Source: Pocillopora damicornis (Eukaryota). From it: a stretch of DNA of 64,000 bases. Both the position numbers and the translations under genes were made by a program. Under the pieces are notes generated by a model that was not told where the DNA came from, did not search any database, and worked only from the letters and a program-made list of their open reading frames with translations. The DNA lies in assembly GCF_003704095.1 (NCBI RefSeq), contig NW_020846737.1, positions 124,001 to 188,000 on the forward strand, read 5' to 3'. Of this stretch, positions 28,901 through 40,500 are shown piece by piece (the stretch's first letter is position 1; every line of letters begins with the position of its first letter).

Positions 28901-31900
28901 CTTTTGGGGGGGGGGGCGTTGACGGATCCACATGGTTTTCAACGGGGATTAGTCGTTGGCAACAGAGTTTAAAGGGAAAGATAACATTGACATAAGTCCA
29001 CGATTAGGGATGCAGCCTCAGTTTGAGATATTCCAGACAGAGTCGTCATACATTGTTACAAATCCAATTTCAGGGAAGGAAGAGATATTCAGGGTTAAAA
29101 AGTAGTCTCACACTTAAGAGTGTTCGCTTTTTACTCAGTCTTTTTACCTTAATTTTGAACGATGTTCTGATCAGTTCTGTGTTGTGAAATACGAGTTACA
29201 AGGAAAAATGATTGAAATCTGGGCAACCCGAGACGCCATCGGGAACTCTGTGTACTTATCCATAAAGAAGGTCGTGAGACCATGACCGTGGCTTTATCAA
29301 GCTTGGGAAATTGCATTTTGGTTCCTCAATACAACTCATGCGGTGTTTCATGTTTTCTCTTTTTTGTGATAGGTGGGGCCGAAAACAAACCTCACTCACG
29401 TCGAATGCCTTGCCTCGCACTTGACTACATTTGGAAGCGATTTCTTTGTGCCACCGAACAGATTGGACTTTAACGAGTTTAGTCTGCTTGAACTGTTTCA
29501 GAGCCCTCACGCACTGATTGCAGTGTGTACAATTCTTGGTCTTTACTTTCTGTGTCTAACCGTTGTCATACGTGCCGATAAGAACGACGCATTAAAGGTA
29601 ATCATTGTGTCCTAAGTTATGACAGAGCAATGTAACCATGAGCAAGAATAAGACTTTCTGCCTTGTTTTCTTGATTTCTTGAATCGTTGTTGATTTGGAA
29701 TTGCTACCATAATAACTTTATTTTTTTACAAGAACATAGGATCTTTATATGATTTCAACGCTTACTTTTTGTTTCTCTCTGTCTTCTTATCGAGGGTTGT
29801 GTTAGTTACGAAAAAATCAGACTAAGGAAATTTCTCTACCTTGCACTCTCTTCTAACATGCAGAAAAACAGTTTGAGTGACTTAAGTCCTTAATTTTCAA
29901 TACTAAGTTTAAATGGAAGTCGGATTTAATTTCCTTACCTATCAAAATATCTTATAATGTTATTTTTGCAGGCAGGAGTAACTCCACTCCTTGATAACGA
30001 TTCTCGGGATACGTATTGTTACCAGATTCAAGTTCATACTGGTTTTATTCGCGGGGCTGGCACGAGTGCTGAAGTATCTATAGCTCTCACTGGCGCTTTG
30101 GGCGACAGCGAACCTCGACTTCTGAAAGATCCGAAAAGAAAAACTTTCAAGACAGGTTTGTTATCTCGCTTTGTTTGCCTTTTACAAATTATGGGAAACC
30201 CCTTCCCAGTTGGATTATGAACGAAGCCAGAAAAAAGAAGTTAAAATCAATAAGGAATGCGCGCGCATGATTTTTTACCATCACCACTAGCTATGCTTAT
30301 ACTAAGGGCATATACATATAAGGGTATGGTTTAGAGTGTGTCACAGAAGGGTAAGCTGGTTATACTGGCATATCATGTTACTTTGTCAAGTTACAGCAAA
30401 AAGGTATATTTTAAAAGAAGGGTTTTAAAAAGATAAAAATGGTTCATATACGTCAGTAGCGAGTCAAGTTTGAATTCTTCTCCTCGCTAGGAGCTGTCGA
30501 TGCCTTTCTTTTAATCGTTCCCCAGTCGCTTGGAAACTTGAAACAGATTCGCGTGTGGCACAACAACGGTGGGACCTTTCCATCGTGGAATCTTCTGCGC
30601 ATCATGATCCAAGACATACAAACTGATCAGAGGTGGTGGTTTGTTTGTGACAACTGGCTGGCGGTCGAGGAAGGTGACGGCAAAATTGAAAGGACTCTCA
30701 TCCCTGCGTCTAAGAAGGAGCTGACTAAATTCAACGTCCTTTTCGCGTCTGAAGTAAGGAAGAATCTCACCGATGGCCATATTTGGTTCTCGGTCGTGGC
30801 TCGACCACCACTAAGCACTTTTACTCGAGTTCAACGCCTGACTTGTTGTTTGTCCATCTTACTGTGCACAATGCTCGCAAATGCCATGTTTTACGAAGTA
30901 GGCAAAAACGAGACGACAAAAAATGCCATCAAGATTATGGGCTTTAGTTTCTCGATCCAGTCAGTTTCGATAGGAATCATTAGCAGTTTGGTAGTGTTCC
31001 CAGTGAATCTCGTCATTGCCACAATATTTCGGAAAGCTAGGCCGAAGGAAAGTCGATACGAAGTGAAAACCGGCGCTGACGATACAGATGACTTTGATGT
31101 CGAAAAGGATGGAGAAAAGAAGAACGCTCCTGCAAGCAAAGGACTCCCGCATTGGTTTGTGTACGTAGCATACGGCCTTGCATTTCTATCCGTGACTACT
31201 TCGGGGACGTTTGTGATAATGTATGGAATGCAGTTTGGAGCTGAAAAATCTGTAGAGTGGCTCTCCTCGATGGCTGTTAGCTTCTTGCAAGATGTCTTGT
31301 TAACACAGCCAATCAAAGTCTTCATACTAGCGACACTTTTTGCTCTCCTAATCAAAGACCCGAAGAAGGCCGAAGATGATTCATACGCGGATATCAATGC
31401 TCTTGCAAAGGACGAGGAGTGGTTGCACACGGACATCACAGACCTTGCTCCTGAAATACAGAAGACAATGAAGAAGATAATTAGCGACAAGCCGCCAGAA
31501 GAGGCAAAGCTGGAGATTGCTCGTCAGCTCCGCTTGAAAGAGAAGCAGATGAGCTCCACTATCCAAGAAATTTCCTGGTATATCATCTTCTTGTTGGTTC
31601 TTCTCACCATAAGCTACACCAACAGGGACTTAGATACATCTCGGGTGACCCAATACATGAGGAATACCTTTGAAAGAGCAAGTTACAGTGGAAACCTAAC
31701 TTACGACAAGGTAAGCCCGTGAACTGAGTTACATTCAATGTGACGGTAACCCTCACACGTATTATCTCTTCACTTCAAGGCATACGAGTACGCTCGTGTA
31801 ACAGAGTCTCGAGTTAATTATCAAAGGGGGAGAAAATTAATTTAATCACTATTTCCTTTACAAGGTACACGAGATAAAGCATTACTGGAGATGGTTGAGT

Positions 31901-34881
31901 GAGACATTCATTCCTTCTATAAAGCCTAAAGTTCACTACGATAGTTCGACGCACTATCAAAAGGGCTATCTTGCAGACATTCCAACCGCCTTTCTTTTGG
32001 GTGTGGCGCGTCTAAGGCAGCTGAGAATTAAAAAAGGCAAGTCTTTTTTTTTGTTACTATTCATGGACCAGAGGAACTTCGTGAGAGGGCCACATAAAAT
32101 GATTGTGAATAACATTCAAATAACAAGGAACGTCTTACGTTTTCAACGTGCATCCCATTGTATTACGAGAAGTAGGTGTAAACCAAAGACAACTTTTATC
32201 CCAGTCATTCCAAATGTTGTGCTTGAAATTCGAGTATTTCACCAGTCCCTTAATTGGCTTTGGTATTAATAAAGATTACAATGACTGTCTTTCTTAGATA
32301 CCTGCGTATACAAACGCGTTTCACGCGACATAACCGAGTGCAACGACTTCTACAGCATAAAAGAAGAGGACGATGGCTGGTATTTACCAGGTTGGAAGGC
32401 CACACAAACCGCAGGAGCTCAATCTCAGTCCCTCTCTTCTCACAGGCAAGCTTCTCAGTTAAAAGATCCTTGGATCTATAGAAGTGGAGAGGAGCTGAAG
32501 ACATTCCCATATTGGGGTTACAAGGGGACGTATAGCGGTGGAGGTATGACATGCGCATGTACTCGACAGATCCTTCTTTCTTTATTAACGAGTAGTGGAG
32601 GAACTGTTTGACAAGATAAGTTGAATAAAATCGTGAGATTTTCAGCGAGCGAGAACTACATACTTTAATTCAGAACCATCGAGCGAGGAGTGTGTAAACA
32701 ATGAAATGCATAGACAAATCCACGCAAGACCTTACCATCTGTCACTGAAAGTTACGATCGAAAGAAATGGCATACCTGTGAATTCTTAAGTGCATTGCTT
32801 TTCTTTTAACTCTATCATGATAAGTTCAGTGCCAATTTCTACCACATGAAATTGTTTAATTATTTTTATGATAAGTTCAGTGCCAATTTTTTATCGTAGT
32901 TATCTTGTATTTATTATGAGTTTAGATTATTTTTTAACACTAATTTTTTTAACCAGCGAAATAATCAAGGCGGCTTATTTTAAGGAATCTTGTATTGTGT
33001 TTAAAGCTGTCCTCAAATTGATTGAATTGACTTGTTCAATGTAATTCATTTGGAATTTGTATTTAAGTTAAAGTTTGTCTTATTGTTGCAGGATATGTAC
33101 AGAAATTTCCACAGAATCAGGATGTCAACAAATTGCGGAAGATAATAAGAGATCTTAGCTCACAAAATTGGTTGGACCGCTACACAAGAGCTGTCTTCTC
33201 TGAATTTGCCATTTACAACGCAAACACCAACTTGTTCTGTGTTGTCACTCTTCTGTTTGAACAGCTCCCAACGGGAAGTCTGTCTCCGTATCCCAACATT
33301 GTTACCCTTCGTCTCTTCAGGTACGTCGGAGGCGAAAAGGTCTTCGTGATAACATGCGAGGTTGTGTACTTTTTGTTCACTTTGTTTTTTGTGGTTAGAG
33401 AGGTCAAACTGGTGTTGAAAAAGGGAAGGGTACATCTGAAGAATCCGTGGAGCATTCTGGAAATCCTTGTTACTCTTCTTTCACTCTCTGCAGTGGGACT
33501 GTATTTCGCAAGGTTAAAACTCACCAAAGATGCGTTGAGGGATATGAAAAATGACCGAGCTGACTTCATCAGTTTCCATTACACAGCTTTCTTGGACGAG
33601 TGGCTCAAGTGTGTCATGGGCGTTATCGTATTCCTGTCATTCTTGAAAGTGTTCCGTCTCTTGCGGTTCAACCGGCGCATGTCGATGCTACAGCAAGTCC
33701 TCAAAAGGTCCTTCACCAAATTGATGTCATTCATGGTCATGTTTGCACTCGCGTTTATAGCCTATGCTTTTCTTGCATGCTTGGTGTTTGGGCAAGAAAT
33801 GAAAGCGTTTGGAACATTTTTGAGAAGTTGTACTTCTTTGATGGATACATTACTCGGCAAGTTCACATTAAAGGAATTGTCAACAGCCAATCGTATTCTT
33901 GGACCGATTTTCTTTTATACCTATACACTGACCATGTTGTTTGCTCTTCTGAACATTTTTATTTCCATCATCAACGATGCATTTGCTGAAGTTTGCAGCG
34001 ATGTAGAGAAGCAGTCTAACGATTACGAAATACTCGACTTTATGGTTCATCGGCTGAAGGAGGTATTTGGCAGGACAGATGGCCACGCCGTTCCACCAGT
34101 CTACAGGGAGCGTAAGAGTAAACTGGAGACTAATTTAGATAAGATCGCCGATGATGCAGATAATGCAACTCACTTCATGAGGAACATAGCATTTGAGGAT
34201 ATGAGGGTGACGCGGTGGTTTCAATTGGAAAACTGCACAAAAAAGAAGAAAAATTTGATGCGGCTGCTAATGGAAGTGGATTGGGATTATCACGAGGACG
34301 AACTCTGTGATTCTATACCAGTGTTCGAGAGGTTCCTTGAGAAGTACAGCGAGGAGGAACTGGAGAGAATTCTGCAGCATTACCACCAAAAACGGATGGT
34401 GGAGGACATTGTCTTCGATAAACTCAATGCTACTGGTGAATTCGACGACTCATCCGATGACAGTAACAGTGCTAGCGATGACAGCAACGATAACAATAGC
34501 GGAATCGTCAGCAACGACGAAAAGATGTTTGATGACGAGATGCCTTTGGAGGACGAAGACGGTTGCAGAGGGGAATCGAGGATTACGAAGCCAAAACTCA
34601 ATGCTAGCCTTTACAGCACGGAAAGCCGTCAGCAATCAGGTCTTGGTACCAAATTTGAAACGATTGGAACTCGAAGTCCCTCCCCGTCAATTGTGGATTC
34701 AGAGACAGCAACTCTGCTTGCTGGTCTTGCCACAGTGATGAGTGGCAAAGAGCTTATAAAGGCATTGAAGGATGCGCAGAGGGAAGTAGAAGATCGCTGG
34801 GTTGGTGACCCTGAGTTAGCAACCAGTTTCGAGAAGCCTTTATCCTGTGATGATATCAGTTCACTGACGTTTGACTGCTAA
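4914..34881 (+). CDS. Polycystin-1 family (PKD1-like) 11-TM receptor/channel subunit, about 3951 aa, 31 exons: 4914-4970, 5114-5171, 8096-8221, 8634-8966, 10115-10410, 10578-10731, 11785-12095, 12357-12456, 13016-13171, 13644-13976, 14390-14673, 15025-15178, 15700-16013, 16693-16792, 17284-17937, 18576-19304, 19891-20048, 20647-22349, 23153-23382, 24132-24499, 25357-25533, 26181-26318, 27038-27199, 27823-28083, 28175-28837, 29373-29597, 29972-30155, 30491-31710, 31865-32036, 32298-32543, 33092-34881
   Basis: Intron phases are mutually consistent and the total of 11856 nt is divisible by 3. Motifs: WSC (YLGCYED...CMHLC...YAGL...CLC...C.GAGNLKCGG), PKD (YYWEFSDG, IDYGDG), REJ (NTPPSKGNCTVTPTEG), GPS (C...HLTTF), PLAT (YQIQVHTG...GAGTSAEV; IRVWHNNGG; FVCDNWLAVEEGDG), PC1 signature (DGHIWFSV...FTRVQRLTCC), TOP/channel (RLRQLR, YSGGGY, WLDRYTRAVF, LLRFN, ILGPIFF). 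Exons 1-2 are the least certain. Confidence 0.9.
9107..9723. mobile_element. Non-autonomous DNA transposon with TTAA target-site duplication (Kolobok-like termini)
   Basis: TTAA-GGTGATTCCTC ... GAGGAATCTCC-TTAA (10/11 TIR match); contains a (TA)n tract near 9549-9572. Confidence 0.65.
11247..11438. mobile_element. piggyBac-like MITE, second subfamily, right end truncated
   Basis: TTAACCCTTTAACTCCC start; internal sequence shared with 26345-26546 and, inverted, with 1-66. Confidence 0.7.
14176..14265. other. Assembly gap in polycystin intron 10
   Basis: Run of N. Confidence 1.
16030..16312. repeat. Interspersed repeat with an internal hairpin; uninterrupted counterpart of the split copy at 52345-52543 + 53416-53505 (opposite strand)
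   Basis: Reverse complements of both flanks of the 52544-53415 element align colinearly to this copy. Confidence 0.75.
19400..19493. other. Assembly gap within a (CAGT)n tract in polycystin intron 16
   Basis: Run of N flanked by tcagtcag on both sides. Confidence 1.
19535..19685 (-). repeat. Same hammerhead-like repeat family, copy 2
   Basis: Reverse complement reads gctCTGACGAatggctaacaatctaaacgttag...ttatcaactcagttga...cactgacgcagtaccacagtttcct. Confidence 0.7.
22962..23100. repeat. Short palindromic (hairpin) element
   Basis: gtcagtatctgagcaactgcacacctacccctcccta ... tagggtagggataggtgcgcgactgctcagatcaatgac. Confidence 0.65.
23551..23761. mobile_element. piggyBac-like MITE (TTAA-CCCTTT...AAAGGG-TTAA)
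   Basis: Intact termini and TTAA duplication; internal sequence shared with 42954-43163. Confidence 0.75.
24545..24741. mobile_element. MITE with AGGGACCAGTCA-type termini; relatives at about 14065-14300 (spanning a gap) and a fragment at about 28870-28980
   Basis: aaggaaacagtca ... tgactggtcccta; shared internal ctttatactc and poly-C tracts. Confidence 0.55.
26345..26546. mobile_element. piggyBac-like MITE, second subfamily
   Basis: cattagcaattctc...tgtctgcc...ggagaattt...ggagaaattctgtcttggtcac...gggagttaaaggattaa. Confidence 0.7.
32037..32297 (+). other. Non-canonical GC-AG intron (intron 29 of the polycystin gene)
   Basis: Donor AAG|GCAAGT. Splicing here gives the family motif RLRQLRIKK-DTC...ECNDFYS..EED..Y.PGW in the correct phase. 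Confidence 0.85.
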
Positions 34882-35525
34882 AAAGGAAGCTCAGGTGAAG
34901 AGGACGACGGATGAGAGAGAATCGCAACAAACTGAATCAACGAGTGGAAACTAATTGAATAGCCTTTAAAAGCAAAACAGTGAGGTATTTTAGTGGTTTT
35001 GGTCCGAAATCAAACCACCATTTGTATAGTTGAAAGTGTTTTAAGTCAGACTTTAGAGATGCCTATGTCGCGATGATATGTCGGCAGATTCTAATGAATT
35101 GTTAGATAAGCTTGTTAACACTTATGGAATTGTATTTCTTTAAGGTTTACAAATCCATAGAAAGTTTTTCATTTTATACATCAAATTTTAAGCGTTAATG
35201 TGAACGTAATTTTTTGATCCTCGGCGCTATTTGTTACTACTAGCTATACGATTAGGTGTGTACCATTTCAGTGTTAGTCGAGTAATGATCGATATCCAAA
35301 GAAAGAATTCTAATTTAACTCCGAAGCCGATACGCAAGAATGCTTTACAACTTTAATTATTCGAATGGTTTCTAAATACAGATGTGAGCCTCCACATCTG
35401 TTTTTGTGGCTCAGTTGACACAAGCATGCAACTGGTGTCAGGGATGCCCAGAAATGTTTTTGCTGCAATACCTAAAATTGCATTTTAATTGTACAGATCA
35501 ATTCGTCTTTTAACTTTTGTTGTGG

Positions 35526-35531
35526 AATAAA
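35526..35531 (+). terminator. Candidate polyadenylation signal of the polycystin gene
   Basis: AATAAA about 645 nt after the stop codon. Confidence 0.35.
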
Positions 35532-37582
35532 ACACTTCCTTGATCAAGCCTAGTTTCGAGCGAGGCAGAGAGAGAACCAGTTTTTTCTCTTAAAAAGTAA
35601 AAATTTATTGCTGCAATAATTCCGCATAAGGTAGCAAGTTTATCGTGGTGGAGATGAGCAAGATATTTATAATGATGATATGAAGCTGAAAATATTAATT
35701 CTTAGTAACCGAGTGTGATACATATATCTTATCAGACGTTTTGGTGTGTAGTATCGCTAAGTATTTTACAAGTTGTGCCGTATTTTGACGACACGGCACA
35801 ACTCGTAAAATTTCTCAGCGATACTACATATAAAAATGTCCAATAAGTTATTTATTATCCAACTGCTTTTTTTCGTGCTACGTCTTTCTTCTCCGTCATT
35901 TCTTATAGAGCGGGAAAAGCAAAGCGGATAGAAACGCGTAGCGCGCGCACCCGACTGGCTAAACAGGTTTTTTACAGTACAAAATAATGAACCGTCCAAA
36001 TAACTGTCCAGTATCTCAGGATATTTGTACTATTCACGCGTTATTTGTACTCTACTTTGTGCAGTTGGATAATGAAAGGGAATATTGGCCTGAGGATTAA
36101 TATCCTTCACTACGGCTCGAGCAAGGGAGGTAAATACGAAGTTTATTGTATGGTACTCCAATCAAACTTGTTTATTCTGAATTTTCTGGCTTCTGTGGAA
36201 ACGGTCCATATGGCAAAACACGGATCAAGTAAGAGCCAATCAGAACACTCGGATTTACCTAAGGACTATCCGGCCATATGATAAACAATTTCATTGACAA
36301 TTGAACACACATCAAAAACATTTGTTTAACAACAAAAAAAAGGAAATTACGAAACACTGAAGAGCGACAGTATCTTGAACACTAGGTTTTTTTTTGTTAA
36401 GGTGGGTTAGAGGTCGAAAGGATGAGAAGAAGTGATGAAATCTGGACTGAATTCCAGCACATGTCATCTTGCAGATCTACCTCTGGAAATTTGTTTCGAG
36501 AGGCTTCCCTCAAAAAAAAGTGTAACTTTCCTTTAAAATTGTTAGATGTAATTACTTGTCCGTTTACCTCACCTAAATTGCTGATTCTCTTCGCCGAAAT
36601 AACAACGATACACCACGTGATACAAACGTCATAATCATTTAGCTGTCAAGCTGTTAAGGAGCTCGGCTCATCTTTTATGGAAGAGCAGTAAGAGCATGAT
36701 ACTAATAAACGACAAACAAGGTACATGGTTCAGGTGTTAGTGGTTCCTTTCCCTTACATGGGTTGAAAAATTACTTTACTCGGCATTACTCATTAACCAA
36801 GAGCCGAGCGAAAGGAATTCTTGTACAGTCCTACATTCCTGATTCCTTCAAATTGAAAATCCGTGCAGAAAAAAAGGCAGCAAATAAATTAACTTGCCGA
36901 GACAGTAAACGGAAAATGTGTTTAATGATTTGTGAAGTCAAGGGTAAATGTTGGTTACGTGTGAGTAATTTCTGATCTTCCGGTGGGGGTTGTCGTGACA
37001 AAGACTCTTGTCGGCGGTAGTAAGTTTTGACATCTATTGTTCCAAAAATGGTTGCGTTAATTAAGAGTGTTTAAGACGTCAATAAAGAGAAAAAAGAGAA
37101 AACGCGTTAAAACAAATCATTCTGAAGGTGGTCAAAATCCAAAAGCAATTAGGAGAAGACAAATCTGAGGTAAATACAGCAACTACGTGCTGCTAGCCAT
37201 TTCTGAGTCGTCAAGTGTCTTTTCCGGGTCACCGGCTGGGAAACAATAACAGAACAATATGGATTTTATTTAACGCCCCGTGACCATGTTAATGGTTGCG
37301 TAATGAATATTTATGCACACGCAGTTAGGAAATTGCTTTATTCAGGGGTTATTGGAGTACTTCTTAACAAAAGATGTCAAAAGCTGTCTTGAATAGCAAT
37401 CGGGACATTGAGATTCTCTGATCTTTGAGAGGATTTTTAGACGCAGCTAGAGGCGTAAACTCTACATGCAATTCTGGTGTATTTAAAAACCTCTTTAGTT
37501 CATCGGACGCATCTCTGGATCATACAAAATCGCCCTCTGGGCGCTCAAAGGTTCGAAAAGTTATCACTACAAGACGAGTGAC

Positions 37583-40500
37583 ATGTTCAAGACTCGTCGG
37601 AAAAATGCCCTTTTGGTTGCAGTGTTGCTTCTACTGACTCCCAGTTTTGTTGAAGCAACGTTATCTTCGTGTACAAGCAACTCTAACGCAGACATCTCAT
37701 CACCATGTAAGTTTGCACCGGGAGTTCATTCTTATACCTCGTTAACTGTCCGTACTGAAGTCTTCCTGGAGACAACCTCTGGCTCCTCGCAGCATTTCTT
37801 TAATGTCTCTCAGACGTTTGACATTAAAGCAAATGGCAGATTAGTTCTTGATTATAACAAGGAAAGTGGCAGTAATCCTGGTGCGGGTGTGTTGACGAGT
37901 GGAAGCACCGGTAGATCTGGCGGGAGTTACGGAGGCAGAGCTGGCGCTGCCGCTAAAACGCCGCTATCTACATCTCAGGCTGAATCATATGGTAGCGCTT
38001 TTGTCGTCACACAGCCTGGGAGTAATGGTGGCGGCGATCCAAATACACGCGGGAGAGGAGGAGGTTTCCTTAAGATATACGCTCGTAAGCTTGTCGTCGC
38101 TGGAACAGTGCAGGCTAATGGTCAGCGCGCTCAGCAGAATGACGGTGGAGGAAGTGGCGGTGGCATCTCTGTAGACTGCTTCGAAATCGACGGCAACGGA
38201 AGAATGGAAGCTTCTGGAGGGATGGGTAGCGGCGAAGGGGGTGGTGGAGGCGGTGGAAGGATTTCGGTGCAGTTTCAACACGGTTCCTTTTTAGGCCAAG
38301 CAAAGGCGTACGGAGGCAGGACGGGTAAGACAGAGAGTTTCATCTGCTTTATTTTCCGTGATCGAGCTTACGACTTCCGCTTTGACTGCGTTCCCTTTTG
38401 CTCCTTGAGACAAACCTGTGACATTTACATGACAGAAGACAGCAACAGCGACTTCTATTAAAAATCCCCTAAATTTGTTTACTTTCCCACAGATTATTTC
38501 CAAAAGTTTTCGCACATATCAAACCTCAATTTTTATCTGGCCCAACAAAAGTGTGATCGTAATAAACCACACTTGAATGATTCTGAAAGCCAAGCGTCTA
38601 GGCGAGGGAACATTAACCATTAGAGACAACAAACGATGGCTATCGGAGAGCACCCATTTGTCTGATAATTCGTGAAAAAATAGATGTTTTCGTGTTGGCG
38701 ATTACATTTCCGTTGCATTCTCGGATAAAGCCTAGCAATTAGTGGAGAAATCAATATTTGATAAACGGAATATCATTCTTTTTTTCTGCCAATTTAAAGG
38801 AGTCGGATCACTTTCGCATTATAAACAAGGATATCATTAGTATTATAAGCGAGGATATTATTGACCATTTAATATCACTGGTATCATTTAATGATCTTAT
38901 CAATATAAGAGTGAGGTATTTTCTTGTGCAAGGCCTTGTAACAAGTCGATATGTATCTCAGTCTCATTGGCTTAATACGCCGAGCAAAACAATCCTCCTC
39001 TCTTTGATTGCCATATGCCCGACAGCCGGGCACGGTTTTTGAAAGTATCATATGTCTGTTAGGAAATGCCAATCGATCCAAAAACCGTTGGATTTTTTTT
39101 TGTCAATCAGTTGAAGAAATATCTAAACTTTGGCCTCATAAAGCAAAATCGCTTTGATCTCGATTCTTGGAAAATTCACTATAACTAATTAGCTGGCAAC
39201 CGGGCACAGTCTTGATTGGACTAACTGCTCGCGGTGCAAAAATTTTTTCATTCGTCTCTTTTATGCAGGAGTTCCTCTTAAACTAGAACTCAATGCGATG
39301 TGTACATATTTTTAGAATTTCTTTTGGTATAACAACCTCGAGACCACCGAGTGCATTTCATCAACACAAATATGTAGAAGTAATTTCCTCATAATTACAA
39401 TATTCTTATCAACACACAGAATAAGAGCTTGTCATTACAAAAATGTAGCAAAACACTTGAACTTTTTTCTCCCCTTGGGCAAAAATCACAAAAACGATTG
39501 TTGTGTGCAGTCGTGCTCGTAGCATTTAAGTGTTTGTCAAACTATACGTGCGTCCAACATCGCGTCTGATAGCGTCACAGAAACCATTTCCGCTCCCACA
39601 ATAAGGAACTTTGCTTTGTGGCACGTCTTAATTAAACATTAAGTTACGAAAACAGTTTCCCTTTTAATTCTTTTTCACTCACTCTAATTAAATTGATTAT
39701 GACAAGGAATTTTGGATAGATTTCGAAACAATAGCTTAGGAATTTTTTTCCGTTTTAGATCTCGGAAACAGAACAAATTACTCACGACAGGACTGCGAGA
39801 TGAAATGAGGTCTGATACGTGAAAACTCTATCAGCTTGATGGAGTGGTCGGGAAATGCAGTGTCGTATCTATGAATTTTGGCTTAAGATTACACACGATC
39901 GCATGTTATCGAAAGTTTGCGCTGAGTGAAAGCTTGTGATTACAGACTTGAAATGTAACACTTAAATTTTTTACCCTCGGGCAAGATTTTTAAAATTTAC
40001 GGTCGTTGTCGTTGTCGTTGTCGTTGCGTTTTTTCAACCACGGGCTTAACCTATCTAAATTTAATAGGCGTTTTTTCGAATTTCTGTTTCTTTTTTATGA
40101 TACGTGCGTCCGAAATCGCATTATTTCGTGTTTCACTGCGTCAGGGGTTTGATTCTTTTATAACTCATTGACGTAATCGCTGAAATCAACAACAAAGAGG
40201 CCAACAACAACAATAAGAAAACGTCTTAGATTTTCCTTAAGCAACAATAAGAGCAGCAACGAGATGCTTGTTACACGCGCAGCAGATGAAATATCATGTA
40301 AAATTGGGTTTTTTGCTTGCACAGAGCGATAATTAAAGGAAAATCAAGAATGATGTGCTTCAAGGTTGAGACATATTTGCACGTTTAGGTCTTAAATTCA
40401 TGAATGTGCACCAGGTTGTTCTTAGGCTTTTCCTAAATAACCGTGGTTGTCAGCAGAATCTATATTTCGGTCCCGATATTTTGTACACGAATCAGGGTAT

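Noticed and set aside
30891-31490. 199-aa minus-strand ORF and other antisense ORFs over large exons
   Set aside because: Shadow frames of the polycystin or gene 3 coding sequence, with no independent motifs
32817-32889. 22-bp direct repeat atgataagttcagtgccaattt
   Set aside because: Local slippage duplication in an AT-rich intron with no further structure
35690-36290. Possible repeat element or small gene between genes 2 and 3 (similar-looking tract at about 44490-45160)
   Set aside because: Short ORFs lack motifs and splice support, and I could not define termini confidently
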